Shown here piece by piece: positions 55,339 through 64,000 of a stretch of 64,000 bases of DNA (positions are counted from its first letter, which is position 1; each line of letters begins with the position of its first letter). Made by a program: the position numbers and the translations under genes. Under the pieces are notes generated by a model. That model did no database searches. It saw only the letters and a list, made by a program, of their open reading frames with translations, and was not told where the DNA came from. Origin of the DNA: a virus (lineage: Duplodnaviria > Caudoviricetes); IMG/VR virus record IMGVR_UViG_2744054517_000003, positions 43,634 through 107,633 of that record; one strand, given 5' to 3'.

Positions 55339-56325
55339 CTATGAGCCTTGCTGTATACGTTTCATAGCGTCTTCACGCCGTTTTGATGTTCCGGTATTCT
55401 GGTAGATATCCAAGCTTCCCAAGATACGGTCAAACAGCCGGCCATCCTTATCGATTACGTTCCCCCACTTATCTTTAAAGAGCCATCGTTCCAATTCATT
55501 TAAGTCAAGATTGGATGTAATATTAGTTTTTTTACCTTGTCTGCCGTTAAGGATCGGGAACAGTACATCTTTATATTCATCTGCCAACAAGTCCCCTGCT
55601 CCTAATTCATCCAGCGTAAGCAAATCACACGAAACAGCACCGTTGATTACATCCGTTAGTGTTACCTTTGAGTCAAATCTAGTAGCTGTTTTTGCTAGTT
55701 TCATGAGCTGCGGCACGTCCAAAAACAAGCAGACATACCCTTGCCGATTCAACTCATGGTGTATAGCCGCCATCAAATGGCTTTTTCCGTTCCCAGGAGG
55801 CCCGTAGAAGAGCATGCCTGTCTTTCTGGTCTCGTAGGTCTCTATGAACTCTAACGCTGCTCTATGGACCTGTTCCGTGCCTGTACGCTGGAGGAAACTT
55901 TCAAAGGACGCGCGTTTAAGTTCCTCGTTCATGATGCTTCTCGCAAATACACGTTCCATTAGACCTCTACGATGTCTTCGATCACTTTCAAGCTGGGCCT
56001 TTTCACTTTCTTCCTGTACGCATTTACATGCCCTATTAAGGCCCCATTGTTTCTTAGGTGGGAAATACGTCCGTTTTATCTGCTGACGGCACTTCAAGCA
56101 GCAGTACACGCCCTCAAACTCGCTATCTGCGAACAAACATGTCGTACTTCGAACCGGCGCCCGCGGGTCCTTGGGAATCTCCTTCCGCTCCGATCCGATC
56201 TTGTTGATTGCTTCCGCTATCGGTGACCGTCCCACCGTTCGGGCTGGCTTGTGTCTGACCGTCTGCATCGTGTTTTGAAGAAGCTGCTTGTCCTCCGTTG
56301 AAAGGTTTAGCTTGTTGATGTCCAA
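55339..56325 (-). CDS. DnaC/IstB-like helicase loader
   Basis: GPPGNGKS, LDELG, TSNL, RLFDRI. Confidence 0.9.
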   Translation of the reverse strand: MDINKLNLSTEDKQLLQNTMQTVRHKPARTVGRSPIAEAINKIGSERKEIPKDPRAPVRSTTCLFADSEFEGVYCCLKCRQQIKRTYFPPKKQWGLNRACKCVQEESEKAQLESDRRHRRGLMERVFARSIMNEELKRASFESFLQRTGTEQVHRAALEFIETYETRKTGMLFYGPPGNGKSHLMAAIHHELNRQGYVCLFLDVPQLMKLAKTATRFDSKVTLTDVINGAVSCDLLTLDELGAGDLLADEYKDVLFPILNGRQGKKTNITSNLDLNELERWLFKDKWGNVIDKDGRLFDRILGSLDIYQNTGTSKRREDAMKRIQQGS

Positions 56326-57082
56326 CTGCTGAACCTCCTTCCAGGTAATCTTTGTATCTATCCTCGTTTAAAAAGGTTTTAGGATGCTTGATAAACTGAG
56401 ATTCTGTTTTGAGTTGTAGACATTGAACACAGTAATTAATTGCACATTGAATAATAGTCTCCGGTCGCTCTCCTGCCTTAATGATTTTCTGCCATGTTTT
56501 ATAGCAATCTTTCTTTCCGATCTTTTTCGGGTATTCATTCCAGAATGATTCAAATGCATCAGAGTACATATCTTTTAAATCGTTTTTATTTCTTTTACTT
56601 TCCTTTACTTTACTTTCCTTTAAAGCATCGTTTTTTGATTCGTCCGCATATGCGTTCGCATCCAAATCGCATTCATCATTTTCTGTCGATTCGGAAGAAC
56701 CCTTATCTGGCGCGGCTTTTTTGCCCCATCGTGCTTCTGCTGATTTTCTGGCTTTTTCCGATTTTCGTTCCCGTTCCTGCATTCTCCGAAGCAATGAAGC
56801 ACTCCAAAAGTGCGTTGCATCTGCTGCAAAAAGATCAAATTCAGTGATGCAATCTTGTATGAATTTATGCGCCATTTCAGAATCGCATTGCATTTGTGAT
56901 GCGAACGCATAGTAAGCGTATTTCGATCGCATATCCAATTTGTATCCGTTAGATTCCCTCATCATTTCTACTAAAATCCAGTACCACCCGTACCCTTCCG
57001 ATCCATAGACACCGCGCATGGCGGTAATCTTAGGATCGTGACGGGCGTTACTGTCATGAGAGAAGTAATATGCCTCTTTCAT
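56123..57082 (-). CDS. Replication initiator (DUF4373-like)
   Basis: YFSHDSNARHDPKI...GYGWYW; FESFWNEYPKK; HPKTFLN; internal AT-rich repeats at 56586-56620. Confidence 0.85.
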   Translation of the reverse strand: MKEAYYFSHDSNARHDPKITAMRGVYGSEGYGWYWILVEMMRESNGYKLDMRSKYAYYAFASQMQCDSEMAHKFIQDCITEFDLFAADATHFWSASLLRRMQERERKSEKARKSAEARWGKKAAPDKGSSESTENDECDLDANAYADESKNDALKESKVKESKRNKNDLKDMYSDAFESFWNEYPKKIGKKDCYKTWQKIIKAGERPETIIQCAINYCVQCLQLKTESQFIKHPKTFLNEDRYKDYLEGGSAVGHQQAKPFNGGQAASSKHDADGQTQASPNGGTVTDSGSNQQDRIGAEGDSQGPAGAGSKYDMFVRR

Positions 57083-57093
57083 TCCACCACCCG

Positions 57094-57414
57094 CTATTCT
57101 TTTGCTGATTTAACCAGCGTTGCCATTGCCTTTCTAGCTCGTATCCCTTCTGGAGTCTCGTCTAACCAGTCATGGCATGCCGTGCATAAATGTAATAAGT
57201 CCGTTACTCTCGTTTTATGGTTAATGTGCTTACGTCCAATCAAGTGAGCTCGTTCGGTAGCCAGTGCGTTGTCACAAAGCTCACAGAGCCCATGTGACCG
57301 CGCTTTAAGCTGCTTATCTACCTGTTGGCTTATATCGCCTTTCTGCTTCTGTGTGAGCTTTACACGTTTGCTTTTGGCTGGTTTAGGGGCTGGATGAAAT
57401 CCGTACTGTATCAT
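57094..57414 (-). CDS. HNH-like protein
   Basis: CELC...AHL...LCTACH. Confidence 0.7.
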   Translation of the reverse strand: MIQYGFHPAPKPAKSKRVKLTQKQKGDISQQVDKQLKARSHGLCELCDNALATERAHLIGRKHINHKTRVTDLLHLCTACHDWLDETPEGIRARKAMATLVKSAKE

Positions 57415-57426
57415 GCTGCATGCCTC

Positions 57427-57753
57427 CTATATATCAGACTGGTATTTTAAGATAGTTTGATAGGCTGATATCCGCACTTTGATAGCGTCCGTTACCTCAA
57501 TTCCAGCCTTGAAAGCAGATTCGGCAACATCCCGTTCGAATAAAGCATCTGATACGTTTCCTTTAGCTATATCTGTAACAATGCTGACCGGCATTTTGTC
57601 AGCACGTAACTTTAGAATTTCTTGTGCCAGTTTCGAACGATAATTCCGCTCCGCTTCAGCTTTCTCCCGTCCAAGTTTAAATAGAGCATCGGCAGAACTT
57701 TCAAGGCGTTTTGCTGCCTCATTTACTTCCTGAATAACATTTGATAGCTCCAT
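57427..57753 (-). CDS. Helical hypothetical protein
   Basis: 108 aa with RBS. Confidence 0.65.
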   Translation of the reverse strand: MELSNVIQEVNEAAKRLESSADALFKLGREKAEAERNYRSKLAQEILKLRADKMPVSIVTDIAKGNVSDALFERDVAESAFKAGIEVTDAIKVRISAYQTILKYQSDI

Positions 57754-57769
57754 GTTTCCTCCTTATTGA

Positions 57770-58201
57770 TCAGAACGGAAGATCATCATCCGATATGTCT
57801 ATTGGTTGCCCATCATCATGAAACGGGTCTCCATCGGCACGGTATGGAGCTGGTTCGTTCGGATCGGCTTGGTTCCGGTTATTGTCCCTGTTTGACTCCA
57901 AAAATCGTACATTGTCTGCGACGATTTCAGTGATATAACGAGTGCCATTTTCGCTTTCCCATCTTCGTATCTGGATTCGCCCTTCTACCGCGGTCAATCT
58001 ACCCTTTTTTAGATAGGTAGCGGTAGTCTCAGCAAGCTGCCGCCAAGTCACAATCTTTAGGAAATCGGCCTCACGGTGCCCATTGTTTGAAAAGGGTCTG
58101 TCTACAGCCAAGGTGAACTGGGTAGTCGCCACACCGGTGGGCGTATATTTTAATTCAGGATCGGCAGTCAAGCGACCTACAAGTACCACTCTATTCAGCA
58201 C
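57770..58201 (-). CDS. ssb: Single-stranded DNA-binding protein
   Basis: [15 protein letters not shown]...DDDLPF. Confidence 0.95.
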   Translation of the reverse strand: MLNRVVLVGRLTADPELKYTPTGVATTQFTLAVDRPFSNNGHREADFLKIVTWRQLAETTATYLKKGRLTAVEGRIQIRRWESENGTRYITEIVADNVRFLESNRDNNRNQADPNEPAPYRADGDPFHDDGQPIDISDDDLPF

Positions 58202-59105
58202 CTTCTTTATCCCCCTCTACTTCTTTTTCTTTAATAGATTCAGTTAACGTTCCAAGGAATTCTTTACCTTGTTTTTCGGTGATGCCTAATAACGGGAATC
58301 CGTATAATTTCTTAGTTTGTGCATCTATTTTCTCTGGTTTCTGGCCGAGCGCTTCCCACGCCGCCTTAATTCCTTCTGCTGTCTCATTTGATACAATCTT
58401 TTCCCCTGACTCCAGCCATTCAGCAAGCTGCTGGCCTGTCTCAACGCCAGGGATAAATTCCAGTCCATCAAACAAGCCCGTACGATCTTTGGAAACCGTA
58501 GCAATATGATGCGCTGACAGGTCCATAACAAGAGTAAATTCATACTCCAATCCATCCCGCTGTACTGGAGCCATACCGACCTTGCGCGGTACTTGCTTGC
58601 CCTTCTCATTGGCCTCAAGTACATATTCAGTCTTAGACCGCATGGTCACAAAGATATGTGCAGAGCATTGAAGAATGGCTTCTACCATTTTGTTCTGTTT
58701 GGGTGTTAACTCACCCCAAGCCGTGAAGCTGTTTTTAGTCTTAGAAAGCTTGTCTTTCTGCTCAATAATCCCACCTTCGCCAGCCCATGCATGGGAAAGT
58801 GAATCGACAATGATCGCTTCAACCCCATAATCTTCAAAAGCTTTGATAGCTTCGATATACTTTTCAGTGGTATATGGCGGCTCAAGGTCAATCTTTAGAA
58901 ACTCAGGAATCTGAACGCCTGCCTTAGTCGTTTCAGCGTACAAATCCGCGCTGCGATTCTCTGTATCAATAAGACCGATCTTCTCCCAGTCACCTGTCAT
59001 TCCAAAGGCCATTAACAAAGCCGTAAGTGTCTTTCCTGATCCACTAGGGCCTGTCATACCTATTCTCGCCTTGGTTACAGTTCGTTTCGATTTACGTATC
59101 AGCAT
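58191..59105 (-). CDS. Sak4-like AAA recombination ATPase
   Basis: [23 protein letters not shown]. Confidence 0.85.
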   Translation of the reverse strand: MLIRKSKRTVTKARIGMTGPSGSGKTLTALLMAFGMTGDWEKIGLIDTENRSADLYAETTKAGVQIPEFLKIDLEPPYTTEKYIEAIKAFEDYGVEAIIVDSLSHAWAGEGGIIEQKDKLSKTKNSFTAWGELTPKQNKMVEAILQCSAHIFVTMRSKTEYVLEANEKGKQVPRKVGMAPVQRDGLEYEFTLVMDLSAHHIATVSKDRTGLFDGLEFIPGVETGQQLAEWLESGEKIVSNETAEGIKAAWEALGQKPEKIDAQTKKLYGFPLLGITEKQGKEFLGTLTESIKEKEVEGDKEGAE

Positions 59106-59108
59106 GCC

Positions 59109-59675
59109 TTACACCTCCGGCTTAACGACCAGTTCGTCGCCGCAATGTTCTACTTGGATGCCCAAAACTTTTTGTCCGTATTGATCGACAACCACGCCTG
59201 CATCCGTAACCTTAAACTGCTTCTTTATTTCAGTCTTAACTGGCTCCTGTTTGAATCTAACAAGACCTTCAGCATGCCCATTCTCCATGAGCCATTCTGT
59301 TAAAATGGCATCATCATAATTCCACTTAGGCTGCTGCTTCTTAAGAGACACGGAACCATACGGCGTTTTAACAGACTTGAATTTAGGATCTTCTTCCCGG
59401 CGCCGCGCTGCATACTCAGACAGCAAACCACGGAAATAATCCTCATCACGTTGCACCTTCTCCAGTTCTGATTTGCGGTATGACTCAATTCGATGCACCT
59501 CAGCATCAGCTACCGCATTGGCCCCTTTGCGTTTCATTTCTAGTGCCACCAGCTTACGCATAACCCAAGTTAGCGAGTCCAGGCTATCTACCACAAAGCG
59601 TTGGCGTTCCTCTTGTTCTTGTTGATCCAATTCATCCAGTTCCGCTTGAAAAAGTGGGTTTAAAAAGTTAGACAT
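59109..59675 (-). CDS. Mu Gam-like nuclease inhibitor
   Basis: W.MRKL...KTPYGSV. Confidence 0.8.
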   Translation of the reverse strand: MSNFLNPLFQAELDELDQQEQEERQRFVVDSLDSLTWVMRKLVALEMKRKGANAVADAEVHRIESYRKSELEKVQRDEDYFRGLLSEYAARRREEDPKFKSVKTPYGSVSLKKQQPKWNYDDAILTEWLMENGHAEGLVRFKQEPVKTEIKKQFKVTDAGVVVDQYGQKVLGIQVEHCGDELVVKPEV

Positions 59676-59720
59676 GTTTACATCCTCCTAGAAATGTGAT
59701 ATTGTTTCCGTAAATTGTTA

Positions 59721-61067
59721 TTAATAAGTTGTTGATTTGGCTTCGGCGGCAACCGGAGTCATTTCGTTTTCCAGGTATAAATCCACTTGCTTAAGCTCGT
59801 CCACCATTTTAGAGATATCATCGTAACGGTACATTTCCATCAATGCTTCTAAGATAGATGCCGTGGAATTAGTTTTGGTATCCGTGTTTTCCGCGATTGC
59901 TTCTAATTTGCGGATAACTGACTGGACGTGTTGTTGGGCTTGCTGCAGGTTCGGCATGTTCTCCCTCCCTAATTTGTTTCCTGATTCGGTCATACTCCTG
60001 ACGTTGCATCTCATTTTTGAACGCAAACTTTGGATGTGGTCCGTCCACAATCCAACCACCAACTAAAGTTAAAGCAAACTTATCTTCAAATTCGTTACTA
60101 GCTTTTATGCGAATGCCTACTTGCACTTTCAAACCTCCCACTTAATCTTTTGCGCCAACTCAACATAACGACCAAAGGTAATGCGATTTTTGATAAGACC
60201 ATATTCAGGCTCCTGCTCGTACAGTCGGCCCAGGTATTCCAGATGTTCATCCGTCAGTACACTCAATCCAGAAAGATCCTTAGTAACTACCGCAGGACGT
60301 TTACGCCACCGCCACCACATACCTATCAACTCCCTTTGATAGAGTCTGCCTGCAACCTTGCCATAGTCTTAAGTTGGAACCAGGTACCGTCACGCTTGAT
60401 CAGCAGTATGCCATTTACTCGCTTGCCAGCAACGAAACCGCTAAAGAATGGATTCATCTCCTCACCCCTTCGCTGTGTAAATAGGTTCCTCAAACCATTT
60501 GCTCAATAGCCAAGCGCATGCAGCTTCTTTGTGTTCATGTCTCGGCTCCCAAGAACCTAAGATCGCTTTTACATGTCCCATTGCTTGTTTTCTATCAATA
60601 CCCGGCTTCGGTTTGCAATCAAATGAAGAAAGTCCTTGGAAAAACCAAGTGGTAATCAGCTTATTCCAATCGGTGCGACTTTCTTGGAATTCCTTCGGGA
60701 TTAAATCTAAGGGAGGCAGTAGTATTTTCATATCTCCTCCAAATGTCAAATCTGAAACACTTACTGTTTGCGGCTTTTCAAAACTGCTCATTCCTCATTC
60801 TCCTTCTTCTAATCCAGAGTTAATTTCCTTTCGGTATTCTTCATTTGCTTCACCAAGTAACTGCTCAAGCTTGTCCATGTTTTCAGCTTGGCTTTTAAAT
60901 CCTTGTGCAGCACTGTTAATTCCGTTGTTTGCATACACCACAGATTTGCTAGTCAAGTCTTCTGCTACGGCTTTGATGCCATCCAAGACGTTTAGCATGA
61001 CGTCAAAATCTAATGTGCGGATGAATTCGATAAGTTCACTTTCCTGTTTGGTTAGTTCCATGTTCAT
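59721..61067 (-). other. Run of small early phage ORFs (59721-59957, 59869-60141, 60129-60329, 60462-60791, 60795-61067)
   Basis: Coupled minus-strand ORFs with RBSs. Confidence 0.55.
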
Positions 61068-61741
61068 TCTCCTTTCTTAATAGGACGCCAGTAGGTAATG
61101 TAGTTAAGGACGTTCTCCAGTTCTTTCCGAAGCACATCCTTATAAGATGTCACTTGCCAGCGATCTTTGATTTCTCGGTGAAGTTGTTGGAATAACTCGC
61201 CTCGTGCGTCCTTATCTGGCTCAATGGCGTACACCTTTTTGGAAATCGCTCTTTGCAGCGTTCGTTGTTGACCGCTGTTTAAAGTGATCTGCTTGTCCAA
61301 CTTCTGTTCAATCTCCACCAGTTTAGTGCCGTGTTCTGCTGTAGTGGCTTTCACCACTTCAACTTCTTCCGCTACCTCGGCTGTGAGTTTGAGAGATTGA
61401 ATGATAGCTTGACGTTCTGTAAGTACAGGCGGCTTGGAGATTTCATCTTTCATACGATTAAACTCTGTGATGTACATTTCTTTGAAGCGCGCAGCCTCTT
61501 TTCCCGTGTAGCTCATGGCTAAGAAAGAGAATCCATCTTGGGTGATGATGTATTTCGGATAAGTCCTGCCCCGTGAGTCGGTATAATCAACCTGCACGAA
61601 ATTGTGCAGATTAAACTCCTCGCTACATTCCAATGTTCGGATATCCTGCATAACACGCCGATGCTCTTTTCCAAATACCTCCGCTACTGTGAGGCTGTCT
61701 GTGACGGTTTGTCCATTTTCAATGAATACTAATTGAGTCAT
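61064..61741 (-). CDS. Rha-family / ORF6C antirepressor-like protein
   Basis: TDSLTVAEVFGKEH...FKEMYI; SYKDV C-terminal domain. Confidence 0.88.
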   Translation of the reverse strand: MTQLVFIENGQTVTDSLTVAEVFGKEHRRVMQDIRTLECSEEFNLHNFVQVDYTDSRGRTYPKYIITQDGFSFLAMSYTGKEAARFKEMYITEFNRMKDEISKPPVLTERQAIIQSLKLTAEVAEEVEVVKATTAEHGTKLVEIEQKLDKQITLNSGQQRTLQRAISKKVYAIEPDKDARGELFQQLHREIKDRWQVTSYKDVLRKELENVLNYITYWRPIKKGE

Positions 61742-61932
61742 ACTGTTTCTCCTTTCTCATGTGTGTGTTTTGATTTAACCCATTTTTCAACTTCAGGCCA
61801 GAAGACACGTGTCTGTCTCTCACCAAAGTTGTAGGAAGGGAAATCAGTTCTGCCAATCAATCTGTACGCCTTGCTCTTGCTGATTTGCAATCGTTTCGCC
61901 ATTTGCGGTACAGTTATTAAATCAGGATTCAT
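61738..61932 (-). CDS. Excisionase-like HTH protein
   Basis: LITVPQMAKRLQISKSKAYRL. Confidence 0.75.
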   Translation of the reverse strand: MNPDLITVPQMAKRLQISKSKAYRLIGRTDFPSYNFGERQTRVFWPEVEKWVKSKHTHEKGETV

Positions 61933-62147
61933 TTCGTTTCTCCTTTCAACAACCAATCTACAGTTACATCAAGTGCATCAGAAATTTTCAAAAGTGTTTC
62001 AGCATTCGGTCCCCTTTTTTTAGAACCAAGAGAGTAAAGCACTGTAAGCGAAACGCCGCTTTCTTTGGAAAGCCGATAAATCGTCCAGTCTCTTACTTCA
62101 AGAAGTTGGTTCACATTTTCTTCAATCTTCAATCCCATGTTGTTCAC
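61929..62147 (-). CDS. Cro-like regulator
   Basis: TIYRLSKESGVS...ALDVTVDWL. Confidence 0.85.
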   Translation of the reverse strand: MNNMGLKIEENVNQLLEVRDWTIYRLSKESGVSLTVLYSLGSKKRGPNAETLLKISDALDVTVDWLLKGETK

Positions 62148-62162
62148 CTCCTGAACACATAA

Positions 62163-62300
62163 TATAACCCTTTACGACTATAGTAAACTACGGTTATAAC
62201 CCTTTAAGGTCATATAATCCACTATTTCCTTTATTTATCGCCGTTTAACTTGACATATCTCCTAATTGTGATTTATTATAACCGTATTAGGTTATAACCC
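62163..62300. promoter_or_regulatory. Lysis/lysogeny switch operators
   Basis: GGTTATAACC palindromes at 62192 and 62290, ATAACC half-sites, TTGACA at 62250. Confidence 0.7.
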
Positions 62301-62314
62301 TATTCAGTTATACT

Positions 62315-62707
62315 TTGGAGGTTAGAACGTTGGATATTTCTGAGAAAATAAAGGACTTAATGAGCAAAAAGGATATTACTGCGTATAGACTAGCCAAAGA
62401 TACAAACATCCCATATACAACACTCAATAAAATACTTAATGGCAAGACGAAAAACCCACAAATAGATTCATTGAGTTTGATTGCTGATTACTTAAATACA
62501 ACAGTTGATGAATTACGGGGTAAAAGTGAAGTTGAAACACCAGAGTGGGCTGATGAAACGGACAAGAATGACCTAAGTGATCTGCTTTTGAAAGAAGAAG
62601 AAGTAACATATAATGGAGTTGTTTTGACAGACGAAGATAAGAAGTCTGTCAACGACATGCTTACAGGTTTGTTTTGGAAACGCCTTGAAGAAAAAAGAAG
62701 AAAATAA
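62315..62707 (+). CDS. CI/ImmR-like repressor
   Basis: XRE HTH plus short acidic C-terminal domain; no S24 peptidase. Confidence 0.85.
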   Translation: MEVRTLDISEKIKDLMSKKDITAYRLAKDTNIPYTTLNKILNGKTKNPQIDSLSLIADYLNTTVDELRGKSEVETPEWADETDKNDLSDLLLKEEEVTYNGVVLTDEDKKSVNDMLTGLFWKRLEEKRRK

Positions 62708-62839
62708 GAATTAAATACATAAAAAAATTGAGGCCCACTTTTGTATTCGAGCGGGCCTGTTTAGTCATGCCTGAAATTTCAGTGAAAGGGGTGGTTTTTA
62801 TGTGATTTTAATACTGGTACTCATTTAAATAGAGAAAGG

Positions 62840-64000
62840 ATGGTAAAAATGAAAGGTCATGTTAGAAAAAGAGGAAATAAGTGGTGTTTCGTTGTAACTA
62901 TCGGCAAGGATAGAATAACGGGAGAGAGAATACAAAAATGGTTCTCCGGCTATGACAAAGAGAGAGATGCTGAACGAGCCATGATAGAAAAAATCAAGGA
63001 AATAAATGACGGAACATACATTGAAGAAACAGACGAAACAGTTGAACAGTTCATGACTCGTTGGTTGGAGAATAAAAAAAACCAAGTTCGGCCCGGAACA
63101 TTCAAGGCGTACTCTTGGCTTATCAAAACCCATCTAATCCCACATCTCGGGAAACTAGAGATATTCGAACTAAAACCACGACATTTGAGTGACCTATACA
63201 ACAAAAAACTTCTATCTAAAATATCTGCAAATAGCATAAAGAAACTCCACAGCCTTATAAAAGATGCACTCGAAGAAGGAGTTGGCTATGGCGACATACC
63301 AAGGAATATAGCTCAAGCAGTTACTCCACCACGGGTTAAAAAGGTCAAATTTGAAGTTTGGAATGAGAACCAATTGAAAATTTTTCTGGATTTCGCAAGA
63401 AAAGATCGGTTCTATGTAGCTTTTGAATTGGCTGCATCTACCGGAATGAGAATTGGAGAAATACTAGGGTTACGTTGGAAGGATGTTGATTTAGAGGGCT
63501 CAAAGTTATCTGTTCGGCAAGCGTACACTAAAGCAGATTCTGGATATGAATTTCATGAACCTAAAACAGCCAGCGGGGAAAGGTCAGTAGCCTTATTCCC
63601 ATCTACGGTAACTATGTTAAGAGATCATTATGTAGAGCAGGAAATGGAGAAAGAGTCCAACAAGGATTTTTACAACGATCATGGATTAGTTATACAAACA
63701 CATATCGGGACTCCATTAAGTCCGAGAAATTTATCTAGATCATATTATAAGATACTAGACAAAATTGACGAGGATGAAAATATTCAGAACTTTCCACGAA
63801 TAAGGTTTCATGATCTTAGACATACTCACGCCACTCTCCTATTAAAGAGAGGAATACACGCTAAAATCGTTCAAGAGAGGTTAGGTCATTCGTCTATAAC
63901 AATAACCTTAGACACTTATTCTCATGTTTTACCTGGATTGCAAGAGGCCGCTTTGAAAGGTCTGGGAAAGGATATTTTCGATGATGATTCAACGCTTTAA
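62840..64000 (+). CDS. int: Prophage tyrosine integrase
   Basis: TGMRIGEILGL, HDLRHTHAT, LGHSSITITLDTYSH. Confidence 0.96.
   Translation: MVKMKGHVRKRGNKWCFVVTIGKDRITGERIQKWFSGYDKERDAERAMIEKIKEINDGTYIEETDETVEQFMTRWLENKKNQVRPGTFKAYSWLIKTHLIPHLGKLEIFELKPRHLSDLYNKKLLSKISANSIKKLHSLIKDALEEGVGYGDIPRNIAQAVTPPRVKKVKFEVWNENQLKIFLDFARKDRFYVAFELAASTGMRIGEILGLRWKDVDLEGSKLSVRQAYTKADSGYEFHEPKTASGERSVALFPSTVTMLRDHYVEQEMEKESNKDFYNDHGLVIQTHIGTPLSPRNLSRSYYKILDKIDEDENIQNFPRIRFHDLRHTHATLLLKRGIHAKIVQERLGHSSITITLDTYSHVLPGLQEAALKGLGKDIFDDDSTL

Larger units (their letters stand above)
11315..64000. mobile_element. Temperate myovirus prophage, right att beyond window
   Basis: Ordered modules from integrase to lysis plus accessory arm ending at tRNA fragment. 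Confidence 0.93.

Overview
Firmicute DNA, most likely Paenibacillus polymyxa group, holding two mobile elements in tandem at one tRNA-Thr(CGT) att site (3' tRNA fragment at 11315-11357). (1) <1-11357: a phage-satellite-like island, cut by the left window edge. It has a tyrosine integrase, a divergent repressor switch, two holin-like type I toxins, a rep/ori module, and a LexA-boxed scaffold plus SU10/DUF5309-like capsid operon. Its ~950 bp intergenic region holds an 8-unit promoter-like array and seven hairpins sharing one hexaloop. (2) 11315->64000: an apparently complete temperate myovirus prophage (integrase, CI/Cro, replication, ArpU-like late activator, PBSX-like terminase, SPP1-like portal, Xkd-type contractile tail, lysis). 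Its ~11 kb accessory arm has a kinase-less agr-like cassette (membrane protein-AgrB-AgrD-LytTR), an Alo-like RRNPP receptor/peptide pair, HicAB, YolD, NucB, a bacteriocin-like pair and an SOS-boxed operon with an A11 slip site. It also encodes a lone DpdA/TGT-like protein and a MuF-JAB fusion. Family calls come from motif recognition by eye; no database search was run.
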